DNA of 64,000 bases from Octopus sinensis (taxonomy: Eukaryota): positions 54,188,001 to 54,252,000 of the forward strand of contig NC_042997.1 of assembly GCF_006345805.1 (NCBI RefSeq). The letters run 5' to 3'. Within the stretch, counting starts at the first letter, position 1; the number at the start of each line of letters is the position of its first letter. The notes under the pieces are model-generated. The model ran no database searches. It saw nothing but the letters and a program-made list of their open reading frames with translations, and was not told where the DNA came from. This document shows positions 12,797-26,700 of this stretch, one piece after another. Position numbers and translations under genes: made by a program.

Positions 12797-13185
12797 CAAC
12801 AACGACATCAGCCAAAAAAAATAGGCGCAGGAGTGTGGTAAGTAGCTTCCTTACCAACCACATGGTTCCGAGTTCAGTCCCACTGCGTGACACCTTGAGC
12901 AAGTGTCTTCTTCTATAGCCTCGGGCCCGACAAAAGCTTCGTGAGTGGATTTGGTAGACGGCAACTGAAAGAAGCCCGTCGTATATTTGTATGTATTTGT
13001 GTGTCTGTGTTTGAACCCCCCTCGCCCCATCGCTTGACAACCGATGCTGGTGTGTTTACGTCCCCGTAACCTAGTGGTTCGGCAAAAGGAACCGGTAGAA
13101 ACAGTACTAAGGCTGGGGTCGATTTGCTCGACTAAAGGCGGTGCTCCAGCATGGCCGCAGTTAAATAACTGGAACAAATAAAATA
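12270..13185 (+). mobile_element. Cluster of family-B composite SINEs (12270-12585, 12824-13185) plus a tRNA-like SINE head (12667-12735)
   Basis: Head + (TA)n spacer + tail CATCGCTTGACAACCGATGCTGG...CAGCATGGCCGCAG..AAGTAAAA. Confidence 0.85.
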
Positions 13186-13195
13186 TATGTACTTA

Positions 13196-13227
<32 letters not shown>

Positions 13228-13574
13228 ATACATATATGAGTATATATCCACGTCTGATATATGAAGTGTCTGTGTGTGTATGTGTGTGTGTGAAATTCCC
13301 AAGATATATATATACATATAATTAAAAAATGAGGGAATATTTTATATATATATTGTATAAATATAAATATATATATATGTGCATGCACTGAGAACGAGTA
13401 TGGTGAGAGTCTGCTTTTCATTGTAGGTCTAAATACACTTAAGTTCGCTTGCCATAATGTAACAAGTGTTGATGTTGCTGAACACATTGCCCTTGTGAGT
13501 AAGACGGGTTACTTTACTGGTTCCCACCCCACCGCACATCTCACCTCCCTCCTCCGAAACGATAAGGTGTTGCC

Positions 13575-13613
13575 ATTGGTCGTTCTTGGAGAGGCGGGGC
13601 GATTCTATAAAAG
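13575..13613 (+). promoter_or_regulatory. Pol II core promoter of the ADAMTS gene: inverted CCAAT (ATTGG 13575-13579), Sp1-type GC box (GAGGCGGGGC 13591-13600), TATA box (TATAAAAG 13606-13613)
   Basis: Three canonical motifs in canonical order within 40 bp, about 110 bp upstream of an ACC-ATG start that opens a signal-peptide exon. Predicted TSS near 13635-13640. Confidence 0.75.
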
Positions 13614-13725
13614 TTAGCCTTGTTAGCTGGCTTGAAACTTAATCAGGGAAGGCCGACTGTGGTTGTTCGTGGAACGGTGTGTGCCAGAGTTCTCAGTGGG
13701 GTTTCAATCTCGCTGTTGACCGACC

Positions 13726-13825
13726 ATGCGGTCTGTGATGGTGGCATTTCTAATGCACTTCTGCAGTAGCATGATGCGATCGTATGAAGCATTCGGCCAA
13801 TCCACTGACCATACTTATCCACAAG
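13726..13825 (+). CDS. ADAMTS-family metalloprotease, coding exon 1 (signal peptide region MRSVMVAFLMHFCSSMMRSYEAFGQSTDHTYPQ)
   Basis: ACCATG start, 33 codons + G, then a GT donor (CAAG|gtttgt). This phase-1 end joins the next exon (G+AT = Asp) in frame. Not in the ORF track because it is too short. Confidence 0.75.
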
Positions 13826-14269
13826 GTTTGTTCATTTAAATTGATTTTCCGAAATACCACCGATTTACATAACGGACATATCGGACCAATTTTTGATTCG
13901 TTGGAGCGACCATGGATTTCGATACTTAATCGCGCGCACAACAAATACAGATTACACACGCTCATACACACACGCGCACACACAAACACAGACACACACA
14001 TACACACACACACTCACACAAACACACGCACAATGTGTCTGCATATTCTTCAGATAAGTTTCCATCTATAGTGACCATGGCTTTGTCTGACTGTACGTGT
14101 GTGGAGTGCGTGCATATGTATATGTGTTTGTATACATACATTCATATGCATGTATGAATGTATGTATGTATGCATGCATGCATGTATGTATACATGCATA
14201 CATGCATGCATGTATATATGTATGTACGCATCAACACAGTTTATATCTATTTTTTTCTCTTATTCTCAG

Positions 14270-14619
14270 ATATGGATGTTGTCAATGGATTACCTGATTT
14301 TGCGGTTGTCTTCCCCGCTCTAGTGAATACAAGCAGACCGGGAAGAAACGTCGGTGAAACAGAAAACCACTTTAAAGAAAGGAATTCGATTTTCCGATGG
14401 AGACCAAGTGTTGCTTATAAAATTTTAGTACACAATCGGACGTTAATTTTCAATTTGGAATTACATTCGGATTTTATTTCACCCTTTTTAGTAGTAAAAC
14501 ATCTGAACGCTAGTACGAGGAAATTTCGCTCACCTTCGACTGGCCTTAATTGTTTTTACCAGGGAACTATTAATAATGTCCTGGAAAACACGGTCTCCGT
14601 TAGTCTGTGCAATGGAATG
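14270..14619 (+). CDS. ADAMTS-family metalloprotease, coding exon 2 (reprolysin/M12B propeptide)
   Basis: Polypyrimidine tract + cag acceptor, ATG|gtaagt donor. The translation ...LIFNLELHSDFISPFLVVKHLN...CFYQGTINNVLENTVSVSLCNGM matches the ADAMTS prodomain pattern LxL..n..f..P.f..v...CxYxGxv......vsLCxGM. An exon boundary after LCxGM is typical of ADAMTS genes. The paralogue cannot be assigned by eye. Confidence 0.9.
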
Positions 14620-15080
14620 GTAAGTCGATGATATTCTCTTTCTTTTTTCTTTTTAAACTTTTTATTAGTTCATCATTAAAGCTTTCAATTAATAAGTTGT
14701 CAAATGGTATTTAGACAGGATCTGGCGATCTGTCAGGAAACAATCTCTGTTTTGAAAAAGTTTCATTGCTTTGATATCGATTCTGCGAGAGAGATCCGTA
14801 AGAGTACTATTAAGAGTGTTTCGGAACTGAACGTTTCGTTCGATTTGAAGTTTTTCCCCTTGTTTTTCGGCTTCCCCGCCACTTTCCAGTTTCCCTTTTT
14901 TTTTTTTCTGAATTTTGAATAATTTTTGGTCCAGCTTGGTTATGAGTGCATGTATGCATGCATATGTGAGTGTAATAATGCACTATATTGTGAACGCATG
15001 TATTGTAGATATGAGAGAGAAGTGTGTATGCCTCTTTGTGAGTTTGTTTGTGTGTTTGTGTGTGTGTGTGTGTGAGAGAG

Positions 15081-15117
<37 letters not shown>

Positions 15118-17599
15118 TATATGAAGAAGAACTGTGAGAATATTTAAAAACATTGTTTTTTTCTTTCTGTCAGGTGTTCACGATAATAGTCTGAACATTT
15201 TGGATAAAATAAATTGTGCTAGTGAATCGATTAGAAGTTAAGAAATATATCAGAGAATGAACTAATTGAATTTTCTAATCACAAAATGACATTATCTGTT
15301 TAAGCGCACTCAGAACAAACACCGCATGTTTTGTTGGGTTTTGTAGAATTAAAATTTACCGTAGAATTTTATTAGATTTTATTTTGGTCAGATATTTTAT
15401 ATCTCGCTGAAACCATGAAGTGCTGACTTGATTTCTGTCATTTACATAATTTCTGATTTTATATAATCTCCACTTCATATACATAAATGTACGTGTGTTT
15501 ATATTTTCTCTGTTCAACCACTTTATCTGATGATTATCACATTCGCGTGCGCGCAAGCACACGCGCACACAAACACACACACACACATTGGAATAAGATC
15601 CAAGAATTTTTTATCATTCTAGACTTAAATTCTATTTATATTTATTAGCTAAAATAGAAAACGCTTCATTATCAAAGAACACAGGTGCACAACAATTGTT
15701 GCTGTCTGTGGCATTTACACCTACACACGTACTTACACACACACACACACACACACACGCAAACTCTGTGTGTGTGTGAATAATGTACACTTTCCTATGA
15801 AAAGGAAACACGGAAAGTAAAAGATACCTTTTTACCGATCACATTCCATATATTTTAAACATAGCAATATATTTCAATACATTAAAAGGATGCTATAAAA
15901 AAACTTGCATGTGTGAGATAAGAACTTTTACTTTCAGAACCATTTATTAATTTTTGCGAATATCAACTCCGTTCTGCGGTAAAATGGTAATTTTTCGAGT
16001 GTTCTTGTGCTCCGAATAAAGTTTCTGTAGAACACGGCCGTTTTCTATAGAAACGAATAATCAACAGAAGTCACCAGTTTAATTTTTTCTGATATCAATA
16101 ATATTTATTACCTGAAATAGATTGAATGGAACTGGGTTTTAAATAAAAAAAATAAATAAAAGAAACTCGGTAATTTTGTGGCTTGCACTCGGTCTAGTTG
16201 AAAACCTTGGTGTCAACTATAGACGTCTGACCCTGATAAAACCTAATTAACGTAATATGTTGGCATGCAACAGGTTCCTCTGCTTCAGAAAAGATCTGCT
16301 ACTTCTATATACTCATGTTGAAATGTTAACCCCTAATTTTATTCATTTATTTATTTATCTAGTTATCTGTAGATGTATTTGCCAAGAACAAAATAATATT
16401 GTACTCGGCGCGACTGCTCCATTTTCTTCAGAATTTCTGCTGTCTACGCATTCGACTGTTCAACAAAGCAATCAGTCAAGTTCCTTTTTCTATCGTTGTC
16501 TTTCTTTCTTCCTTTCTTTTTACTGAAAACCATTGCTGAATAAGTGTTTTATTTATTCCTCTAGCAAGAGACTAGTAAAAGAGTGGTTGGGAGAGAGAGA
16601 GAGAAAGGGAGTTAGTTCCGGCACATATAGTAGAAGTGGAGATAGATACCATCAATGCCATCTAATTTCGATATTCTAAGTTTTTCTTATTATCCTGTCG
16701 AATTACACAATTAGCATATTTCAGTTCTCCTTCTTACTCAGCGTTTTACTCCAACTCTTCAATTCTAAAAATATATAAAATATAAATATACCACCACCAC
16801 CACTTAATCGGACACTTAGCGCATCTGACAATGTGAATTCTTCAAAGTAAAGAAAGTTTACTGCCCGTACTTAGTCACTTAGTCAACTAACATCCTGAGT
16901 GTGTGTGTATATGTAAGAAGCTGACTAATATGTTTTTTTATTTTATTTTATAAAACATACACATCTATATATTTATGTTAGTAAGTCTAAGCAAGCAACT
17001 ACTGTACTGAATCCAGATAGACACACACGGCAAATATAATACGTTCACCTAAAAACGCATTCGTCAGCTTTTCAAGATAGTGTGTGAGTGCGTGCGTGTG
17101 TTCATAAGGGTAAAGTTAACCACAACATTCTTACTTACTGTGAGGGTCTTCCTGAAAATAACTTCTAAATGTTAAATAACATCGATATGAAATGCGTAAT
17201 AATACTCTTTATTTTCTAGTATGCATATATATTCAAAAGAAAATAATCCAAACAGGAGTAGTTCAAACTGGAAAAAAGAAACAAAAAACTATATGACAAT
17301 ATGTATTCACTTTTAGAATGAAATTTTGCCCAGTTTATTTAATGAAAGTCATCATAGCAGAGTGAATAAGGGCTTCAACTAAGAAATTGTTTCTCAGTGA
17401 AAATGTTTTCTAATGCCTTAATCGCATCAACTAAAAGCTAATAACAATTAAAATCCACACGCACACACGTACACACACATACCCCTACTTACCGGCATGA
17501 ATAGATGCCAAGTAGATTAAGGTTAATTAATAAGAATTTTCAATTTTCATATTGATTAGGGTTTTTTTTAGGTGCACCTGAGCACTGTATACAATAATT

Positions 17600-17634
<35 letters not shown>

Positions 17635-18537
17635 TTTTTTTTTTTTTAAAATAGAATACTCCTTACGCCCCAACAAGCACGCACGCATATACTCAATACA
17701 AATGTATACATACATGCATAATAGTTCAGGTTTTGAAGTATTCGCGGCTAACACGAAGTATAATCTGATTTTTAACAGCACTGTTTAGGTACATTAGTTG
17801 CTCTGAAAGAAAACACTACCTTTCGCTCAGCTGTAAACTGTTTTGAAGGCAAAAGAATATTCTTTTTGAATCCCAGTGATGTTGCAAAATTATTACAAAC
17901 AATATAAAATCAGGTTTATTCCATAAATTCAGTAATGCATACAACATTTCTTCAAAATAAGGAAGTATTTAATTCTCACTAGGTGCAGGTAGGACAGTAT
18001 GGTTAGGAAACCTGCTTCGCAACCATGTGCTCTTGAATTTAATTACAATGTACAACATCTTGAGCAAGTTTCTTGTACAGTAGCACCAGGCTAACTAAGG
18101 CCTTGTGAGTGGATTTGATTGATAGAAACTGTGCAAGTCCGTTGTGTGTGTGGTGCACCTGTGTGCATGCGTTTCTGTGTACTGCTGTCTAGACATCATA
18201 TGATGGTTGTAAATGGACATCATCGCCACACAGGCGAGGCTGTTTCTAGTCTTCCATGAAAAAAATGTGTAGCTATAGGAAAATACTATCCTGCTTGGAA
18301 ACAGGCATGGGTTGGTGACTGGAAGGGCATCCGACCACAGAAAATCTGCCACAAGAAATTCCTTCTAACCCATGTAAGCTCGGAAAAGTGAATATTAACT
18401 AATGATGATGATATTAGAGTGTATTTTGTAGTCCCACGATATAATGGTGTAGTTGAATGTTTTCTAATTTAAAATTAAATTAGTGCTATCTTAAACCCTA
18501 GATATATCATTGTTGTAAGTAGAAACATTAATAAAAG

Positions 18538-19130
18538 TAAGGCGGCGAGCTGGTAGAATCGTATAGCACGCCGGGCGAAATGCTTAGCGGTATTTCGTCT
18601 GCTGCTACGTTCTGAGTTCAAATTCCGCCGAGGTCGACTTTGCCTTTCATCCTTTCGGAGTCGATTAAATAAGTACCAGTTACGCACTGGGGTCCATGTA
18701 ATCGACTTAATCCGTTTGTCTGTCCTTGTCTATCCCCTCTGTGTTTAGCCCCTTGTGGGTAGTAAAGAAATAGGTATTTTGTCTGCCGTTACGTTCTGAG
18801 TTCAAATTCCGCCGAGGTCGACTTTGCCTTTCATCCTTTCGGAGTCGATTAAATAAGTACCAGTTACGCACTGGGGTCGATGTAATCGACTTAATCCGTT
18901 TGTCTGTCCCCTCTGTGTTTAGCACCTTGTGGGTAGTAAAGAAATAGGTATTTTGTCTGCCATTACGTTCTGAGTTCAAATTCCGCCGAGGTTGACTTTG
19001 CCTTTTATCCTTCCAGGATCGATAAATTAAGTACCAGTTACGCACTGGGTTCCATGTAATCGACTTAATCCGTTTGTCTGTCCTTGTTTGTCCCCTCTAT
19101 GTTTAGTCCCTTGTGGGCAATAAAGAAATA
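18538..19130 (+). mobile_element. Family-A SINE trimer flanked by a single 17-bp TSD (AGAAACATTAATAAAAG at 18521-18537 and 19131-19147)
   Basis: One full head, then three ~175-bp B-box/core/tail units joined at GGTATT. Both TSD copies are identical. Confidence 0.9.
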
Positions 19131-20309
19131 AGAAACATTAATAAAAGGCAATGATAAATTTTACTTACTGTTTTGTTAAATATTTAGTCTGAAGAAAGGC
19201 AGCACCACTAGATTCTTTAGATCCTCCAAGAGTTGTATTGTTGAAGTGATGTACTTTATGATTTGCATCCAATTGTAAATTGTTTGCCTTAATAGATAAT
19301 GCAAAGGTTACTGAAATCATGAAAATTTAATCAAACAAAGAAAAAAATTGCGACCTAGTATTAGAACTGGAAAATAAAGCTTTATATTTTCTTATTCAAT
19401 GCGATAAAAATTGTATATCAAAGTAGTCTCTCCTTTCATTTCTGTGTCTGTTATAATTACTAAGTAGTGTATTGAAAGTAGTGGTCAGTTATGGTGGACA
19501 TCTTCAATGAAGATACATGAAAAAAGAGTTGTTCTGTAAACTAATTTAATTCAAGTAACTTAAAGGAAAATTAACAATTAACTGTGACAGTAATGATAGT
19601 GTCTTACATGAGGAAAAGGTCACATTATTAAGGAAAGATACAGTAAATGGTAAATTTTTTGAGTAACACCCGCTCTTAGAAAAAAAAATACTTGGATTTC
19701 TTGCATGGAATCAAGTACCTTGACCTAATATGCTGCAAATCCCTTATTTTGGTTTGGGAAAGTGTGGGCGAGAGGGACTCGCTTTTCCGAGCTTACATGG
19801 GTTAGAAGGAATTTGTTGTGGCAGATTTTCTATGGTTGGATGCCCTTCCAGTTACCAACCCTGACCTCCTAATATGCTGCAAATCCCTTATTTTGGTTCA
19901 GAAAGGGGGGGGGGGGCAAGGTGGACTCCCCGCCCTCTTTTTTTCAAACCAAAATAAGGTTTTCTTAGTGAAAATTGTGCGGTGTTACTCAAAAAATTTA
20001 CCCAGTAAATTATACTTACCCTAATACTCAACAGATACTTATTCATTTACCTTTGGAGGAGGGAAGCCAAGTTTGTTCTTGATAAGATTAGAACTCAGAA
20101 CATAACTAAATACAAAATCGTTTGGTGACCTTTGATTTTATCAAAAGGCCATTCCATTGCAGGATTACCCATTTACGGGTGAGTGGACAGGAGCAATGTG
20201 AAATGAAGTGTTTTGCTTAAGAACACAATGCACTACCTGATCTAGCAATTGAGTGCAACACCCCCAACCACTTAAGCATGTGCCTTCACACACACATACA
20301 TATATATAC

Positions 20310-20696
20310 TCTTTACTCTTTCACTTGTTTCAGTCACTTGACTGCGGCCATGCTGGAGCACCGCCTTTAGTTGAGCAAATTGACCCCAGGACTTATTCTT
20401 TGTAAGCCCAGTACTTATTCTATCGGTCTCTTTTGCCGAACTGCTAAGTGACGGGGACGTAAACACACCAGCATCGGTTGTCAAGCAATGCTAGGGGGAC
20501 AAACACAGACACACATATATATATATACATATATACGACAGGCTTCTTTCAGTTTCCGTCTTCCAAATCCACTCACAAGGCATTGGTCGGCCCGGGGCTA
20601 TAGCAGAAGACACATGCCCAAGATGCCACGCAGTGGGACGGAACCCGGAACCATGTGGTTGGTTAGCAAGCTACTTATCACACAGCCACTCCTGGG

Positions 20697-20700
<4 letters not shown>
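20310..20700 (-). mobile_element. Family-B composite SINE
   Basis: Reverse complement of the head/(TA)n/tail structure seen at 12824-13185. Confidence 0.85.
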
Positions 20701-20744
<44 letters not shown>

Positions 20745-22343
20745 TATATATGTGCATATATATACACACACACATACCAACTTATGCAATGGTTTCTATT
20801 TGGTTTCCATCTACCAAAATCCACAACAAAGCTTTGTTTGTCCCAAGGCTATAGTACAAGACACTTGCCTAAGGTGTCACACAGTGAAACTATAGCTGTA
20901 AACATGTGGTTGGGAAGTAAACTTCTTACACCATGGCCATACCTGTGTTTTTCTTTTTTTTAACCTTTCATTCTCTCTAAATTCAGTAACTAAATAGTAG
21001 TAACATACCAGAATTGTCTTTATGTCATGGAGAAAATATATAATGAGTTTTAAAATAGTCTAACAATTGGTGCAGTATAAAGAAAGATTAGAGGTAAGTT
21101 AGGCTAATCAAAGAGAAATAATGTTTGTAATTCAATTTGATTCATAAGTTATGTGTCCTAATTGCAATTTCACTCTTTAAATCTGAACCATGTCAAAGCA
21201 ACATCTTTGATACCCTATCACCTAAAACATTTTTTCTTTGTCACAAAGATCAAAGCAAAGCTCCAATAACAATTTATTTATTGAGACATGTTGACTTTCA
21301 AACATTAACAAAAAGTTACAGAAATAGCAATTCTAATATAGTTCTTAAATAAAGAAAACAAGAATACAAGTATATCTTGCTTCAAATTGAAGGCTTAAAC
21401 ACTAAAGATAAAATGTGATTAGATTTTTGAATTTGACACAGGAGAAGTAATAGATTTCCTGCAGGAAATAAATTGGTAAATGCTGACATATTTCCTCTTT
21501 ACATTTATACATTATACCACAATCTTTCCTTGTACCATTTTAAATTTTATAATTTTGAGAAGTGTCATTAGCCAACATTCTTCTTTACATTATTGACTAT
21601 AATGTGTACATGGCTACCAGAATATCACCATGATTAATGCACGAAACAAAATTTAGCAGACATGGTTTAATTTTCAAAGAAGTATGAACAAGTGAGCAAA
21701 ATGCGGAAATGATTTTAAGAGCTCTTAACTTGTTTTATTTGTTGTTGTTGTTGTTGTTGTTAATTTTGAATAAAGCCTTAAACAGGAAATGGTGGGAGAT
21801 AAATTAAAAACTACTATACACACACTTATGCATTGGAAACATTGCAACAAATGTGATATCTGAAGTTTGAAAAAACAAAAATGAATAGAACATCAGGAAA
21901 ATAGGGGGAAATAATTAGAATATAGCAATGCATTTGGTGTGTGAAATCTGCATTTGTGATGCACATGCATGCACATGTGCACACACACACACACACACAT
22001 ACATACATACGTACATATATACATACATATTAAAGCATATGTATAGTGATTTCTAATACCAGGTTATTAAGTATTACTGTACCTAAATGAAATATTAAAA
22101 TATATAGACACACACACACATACACATGCCTGTTCATTCTTTCTTTCTAATATATATCTACATGTTCAATGATGTGTCACTTATAGCTATTCATTGCTTG
22201 GCAGCTACAACACCACTTTTGTTTTAGTCACAGTTCAAGTCAAGGTTTTAGTCGCAAACCAACCTGAACACTTATTGTAATACCTATTACATCAATAGAT
22301 GCCATTTTATCAGTATTCTGTGTGTAGTGGGGTTATATGTATA

Positions 22344-23224
22344 CAGGGTGCAATGGGTAAATTGTTGCCATTTTATTATTTTAATTTCACGCATGTGCAT
22401 TGTTTGTTTTTGATTTTGTCGACTACACAGTATAGTAGGGTCAGTTGGGCACCATCTGTGAGAAAAACTGCACCATGATGCAATCACTCTGCCAGAAATT
22501 TGGAAACAACATGTTCTACTACTTTGCATTCATGCCAGAAGCTCCATTACGAACATTTCAGAGTGTTTGAGTGTCAATCTGAGGACAGCGCAATCCGAGG
22601 ACGTGTACCAAGAGTGATAAAAATCAAACATCCACTCAACATTATGGTGTTTGGAGTGATCACTAGTGACGCTGACACTATGCATCCATTCATCTTCCCA
22701 TGTGGCCTTAGACTCAACATGGAGGCTTACATCAAGTTCCTGGAGGAGGTAGTGCTGCTCCAGGTCTAGAGGGTGGCTGCCGGAAGACCCTATTTCTGAC
22801 AACAGGACACTGCACCATGCCACACAAGCAGGAGAACCCAGTCATGGCAGTCAAACAATTTCTGCAACTACATCATCCCTAACATCTGGCCACCTAACTC
22901 CCCAGGCTGCAACTCCCTTGATTATTTTGTGTGGAACACATTTGAGCAAGAGACCAACAAAATTCCTTGCAACACCGAAGGTGATCTCATGACAAGGATT
23001 TGGCAGCATTCACCAACTTAAACAAGAAGACCGTCCTGAAGAGTTGCAGGAGATTCTGAAGTCATCTGGAGGCCGTGGTTGAAGCCAATAGCGATTTTAT
23101 TGAATAAATTTACTCTTTAGTATTTCAAGATATTTTTATGTAATTTTAGTAAATATATCTGTTAAAATGAGATGTCAGTGTTATTTTCATTTTTGCGTAA
23201 TTTAGACAACAATTAACTCACCGC

Positions 23225-23230
<6 letters not shown>
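22344..23230 (+). mobile_element. Internally deleted Tc1/mariner element, maT (DD37D) type
   Basis: TIRs CAGGGTGCAATGGGTAAATTGTTGCC / rc TAGGGTGCGGTGAGTTAATTGTTGTC with TA flanks. Peptide KHPLNIMVFGVITSD...QQDTAPCH...WPPNSPGCNSLDYFVW has exactly 37 residues between the 2nd and 3rd Asp. In-frame stops are present. Confidence 0.9.
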
Positions 23231-23306
<76 letters not shown>

Positions 23307-23766
23307 GCGTATGTATGTGTGTGTCTGTGTGTGTGTATGTATATATGTATAGCAGGGAGAGAGAGAGATATGTAATACACTTATACTTACATATTGAAAC
23401 GTATATTATGTTCTAACACCAAGTTATTAGTATTGCTATGCCTATGCAAAATATTAAATTATATACCTACATACACACATATACATACATATATCTATAT
23501 ATATTGAGCTATGCCCTTTGAGTTAAGATTACACTTGAATTAATTTACCTTTCTTCCTTTTGGGGTTGATAAAGCACCTCTCCAGGACTGGGTATTGGCA
23601 AAATGATTGAGTATTGTGGGATTGCACATGCTTTGCAATATATGTTTCAGATCTGTGCATTTTGAATTCAAATCCTATCACCTGTCTCTTGTTAACAGGC
23701 CCTTCAGAATCAGACACTGTCAGTTTTTGGGTATGACATCTCCCAGTACCATATGTATGACTAGTG

Positions 23767-26700
23767 CAGAGATGCGGAACATGCGGCTTTAAGGCTGCAT
23801 GTGACCATCCAGTCCATGAAGTGCGGCCGTCTGTGGCCATTGATATAAATCTTTCTTTTTTTGACATTGAATATTTTTTGTCTAAACTCATTGTACACCC
23901 TAAATTTACAACACACATAGACGAAAGGAAAATTAACTATGTTTAGTGATGCCACTCCCAGAGATTGGAAGAATTTTTCTTTGAACCCAGGGAATTTAAA
24001 CTCAAAGCAACAAGTATATAAAGGTAATATTTCCTTGTCAGCTACATCAGCATAATGGGAGTAAGTGACTTCATCTATAATACACAAAAAGTTCCTGTTT
24101 CATCCGCCTTTTCATTGTGATCTGTGCTACATACTTTACTTCATCATAGCCAACTTCATACTGGCTTGTTTTGCAAGACTGAATTAGTTATAGCCTTATT
24201 TGAAACCGCAAATCCATCAGTGCGTGCGTTAATTTTACAGACTTGCTTTTTATCATTGAGACTTGATAAGTGATACAGTGATCGTATTCATTGTTACTCT
24301 GTTAAGCCAGCTGCACACTGCTTCAGACACCATGTTCAGAAACAATGTCCTTGGAATCTTGGTCATAATTTCATTGGAAGCCATTGATATTTGACATTAT
24401 TTTTGCAACAATTAGGTAATGATACTAATTACAGAAAAAAAAATTATAGCTAATCTAGATATTGTTCAGCCTCGAGTAACAACAGTTGCTAAAGTCAAAA
24501 CCAAAAACATGGTTTTGGATACAAGTTTATCATGTCTTGTCTAAGACTTTTTATTTGAGTCAGTGTGCAGCCGGCTTTACTAATTCATTATTAAACATTT
24601 ATTTTTTTATGTTTTTTTAAAAAAAATAAATACATTTCTTTTTAAACCATAATTATGTCAAAAAAAAATTAAAACTAACTTTGAAAGAAGAAAACAGGAT
24701 CTTCAATGAAGAAAGAGAATTGCAATAAATAGTGGAGGTAAAATGTCTTGCTTGTCTTGTGATACCACAATTGTAACGGTTAATAAATTCAATGCACAGC
24801 AACATTATGCTCTTCATAAACACAATAAATATGCCAAATTAGAGGGTGAGTCTTGAAAGATTGCATTGCAGAAATTGAAAGATGAAAAACAAAAGCAAAG
24901 ACAATTTTTCCAATCTGTGTTGCATCAAGGGAATGCTACGACAGAGGCCAGCTATAAAGTTGCATATTTGCTTGGAAAAAAAAACTAAGCCATTCAGCAA
25001 TGCAGAACTAATAAAGGAAAGTGGTAGGATGTATAGATCCTGATTAAGTTAACAAATATAAAGAGGTGCCTCTTTTAAGAAGGACTAATACAGATCAACA
25101 GCATGAATTGGCCTGTAAGGTAACAGAGCAATTGAAAAATATAATCTGGATGAATTGGCAGATTCCACTGATTCAGCATAAGTATTGCATTTTATTCATA
25201 CTATAACTGATGATTTTCAATTATATGAAGAATTATTTGCTTTAGGCACCCTTAAAGGAAGGACATGAGGGATAGATATTTTTAACAACTTCAAAGAGCA
25301 ATGTCATAAAGTAGGAGTAAATTTTACTAATTTGGTAAATGTGTGCGTGGATGGTGCTCCAGCTATGACAGCTGAAAATGAAGGATTTATTGCACATCTT
25401 AAAAGAGTGATCAAAGAACCAAATGTACTGATTTCTTTTTGTTGTATTTTACGTCAGCAAAATCTGTCATTTGAAATGACACTTTGCAGAAGATTATAAG
25501 TATTGTAAACTATATTCAAACAAATGCCCTGAAGTATCATCAATTTCATAACATGCTGATGATGGATGACGAAGTAATTAATGTGGATTTGCCATATCAC
25601 TCAAAAGTATGCTGGTTGTCACAAGGGAAAGTATTGGTCAAAATTTTGCCTTTATGAAGACAAATAATTGACTTTTTCAAAGAAAACAACCGACATTGTG
25701 ATTTACCAGATCCAAATTTTTACATAGCTGTTGCATTTTTATGTGATGCAATGTCAAAACAAAATGAGTTAAACATTTCGTTGCAAGGTTAAAATAAATG
25801 TATTTATGATATGTGGCAAAAAATTTGGGCATTTAGAAAACAATTGTAATTTTCCAAGTTCCTTTTGGCTCAATCAAGACTTTCAGGAGAACACTTTCTT
25901 CAAAGGTAATGAGTGAAAATGAAGAAGATATTTATGAATCTTGTGAAGAATACAAGTCAGTTTTAGATTCATTAATAGAAGAAAATAATAAAAGATTCAA
26001 TGATTTTGAAAAACATAACATCACTCTGAAACTTGCTTTTCAGCCTCACTTAATTGATGTATCAGAGGCTCTTGAAGAGTTACAAATGGAGTTTATTGAA
26101 ATATCTGAAGATAATATCCTGAAATCTCTCTTTGAAAATCCCATTGAAATTTGGAAAAATGTGGTAGAATATCCTCATCTTCATTAACATGCACACTGAC
26201 TAATTTCCTGCTTTTCTTCGACATACTGTTGTGAATCCACATTCTTGTACTTGGCACAAATCAAGAATTTGCTGAGAACGCAATTGACAAATGAGCATTT
26301 GGAAGACCAATTGAAACTAAGAACCACTATGTTAGAGCCTGATATCAAAAGAAGCAAATTCAAAGAAGTTACTCATATGTATAAAAAGTATCCACTTGCC
26401 TAAATTAAATATTTGAAAAGGTTATATTCTCGATGTTCATAAGCTGTCCTTTTTTTTAATAAGATTATTAATAACTTATTACTTGTATACAATGTACCTA
26501 CCTATTTAAATAAAATATTTGAAAATGTCTTGCTTTCGATATTATTCATTTACTTATTATTATTTCTATAAAAGTACTTACTTAAATAAAATATTTGAAA
26601 AGTCATGCTTTCGATTTCTACGTATCCATCTTTCTTTTATCATATTACTAATAAATTACTTAGGGGATAGAATAACTAAAAAAAAAAGAAAAATAATTTG

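Noticed and set aside
14158-14269. N-terminal part of the 157-aa ORF
   Set aside because: Intronic microsatellite and polypyrimidine tract. The real exon starts after the AG at 14268-14269.
18538-19130. CRISPR-like or satellite array
   Set aside because: The units are whole SINE segments without unique spacers, in eukaryotic context.
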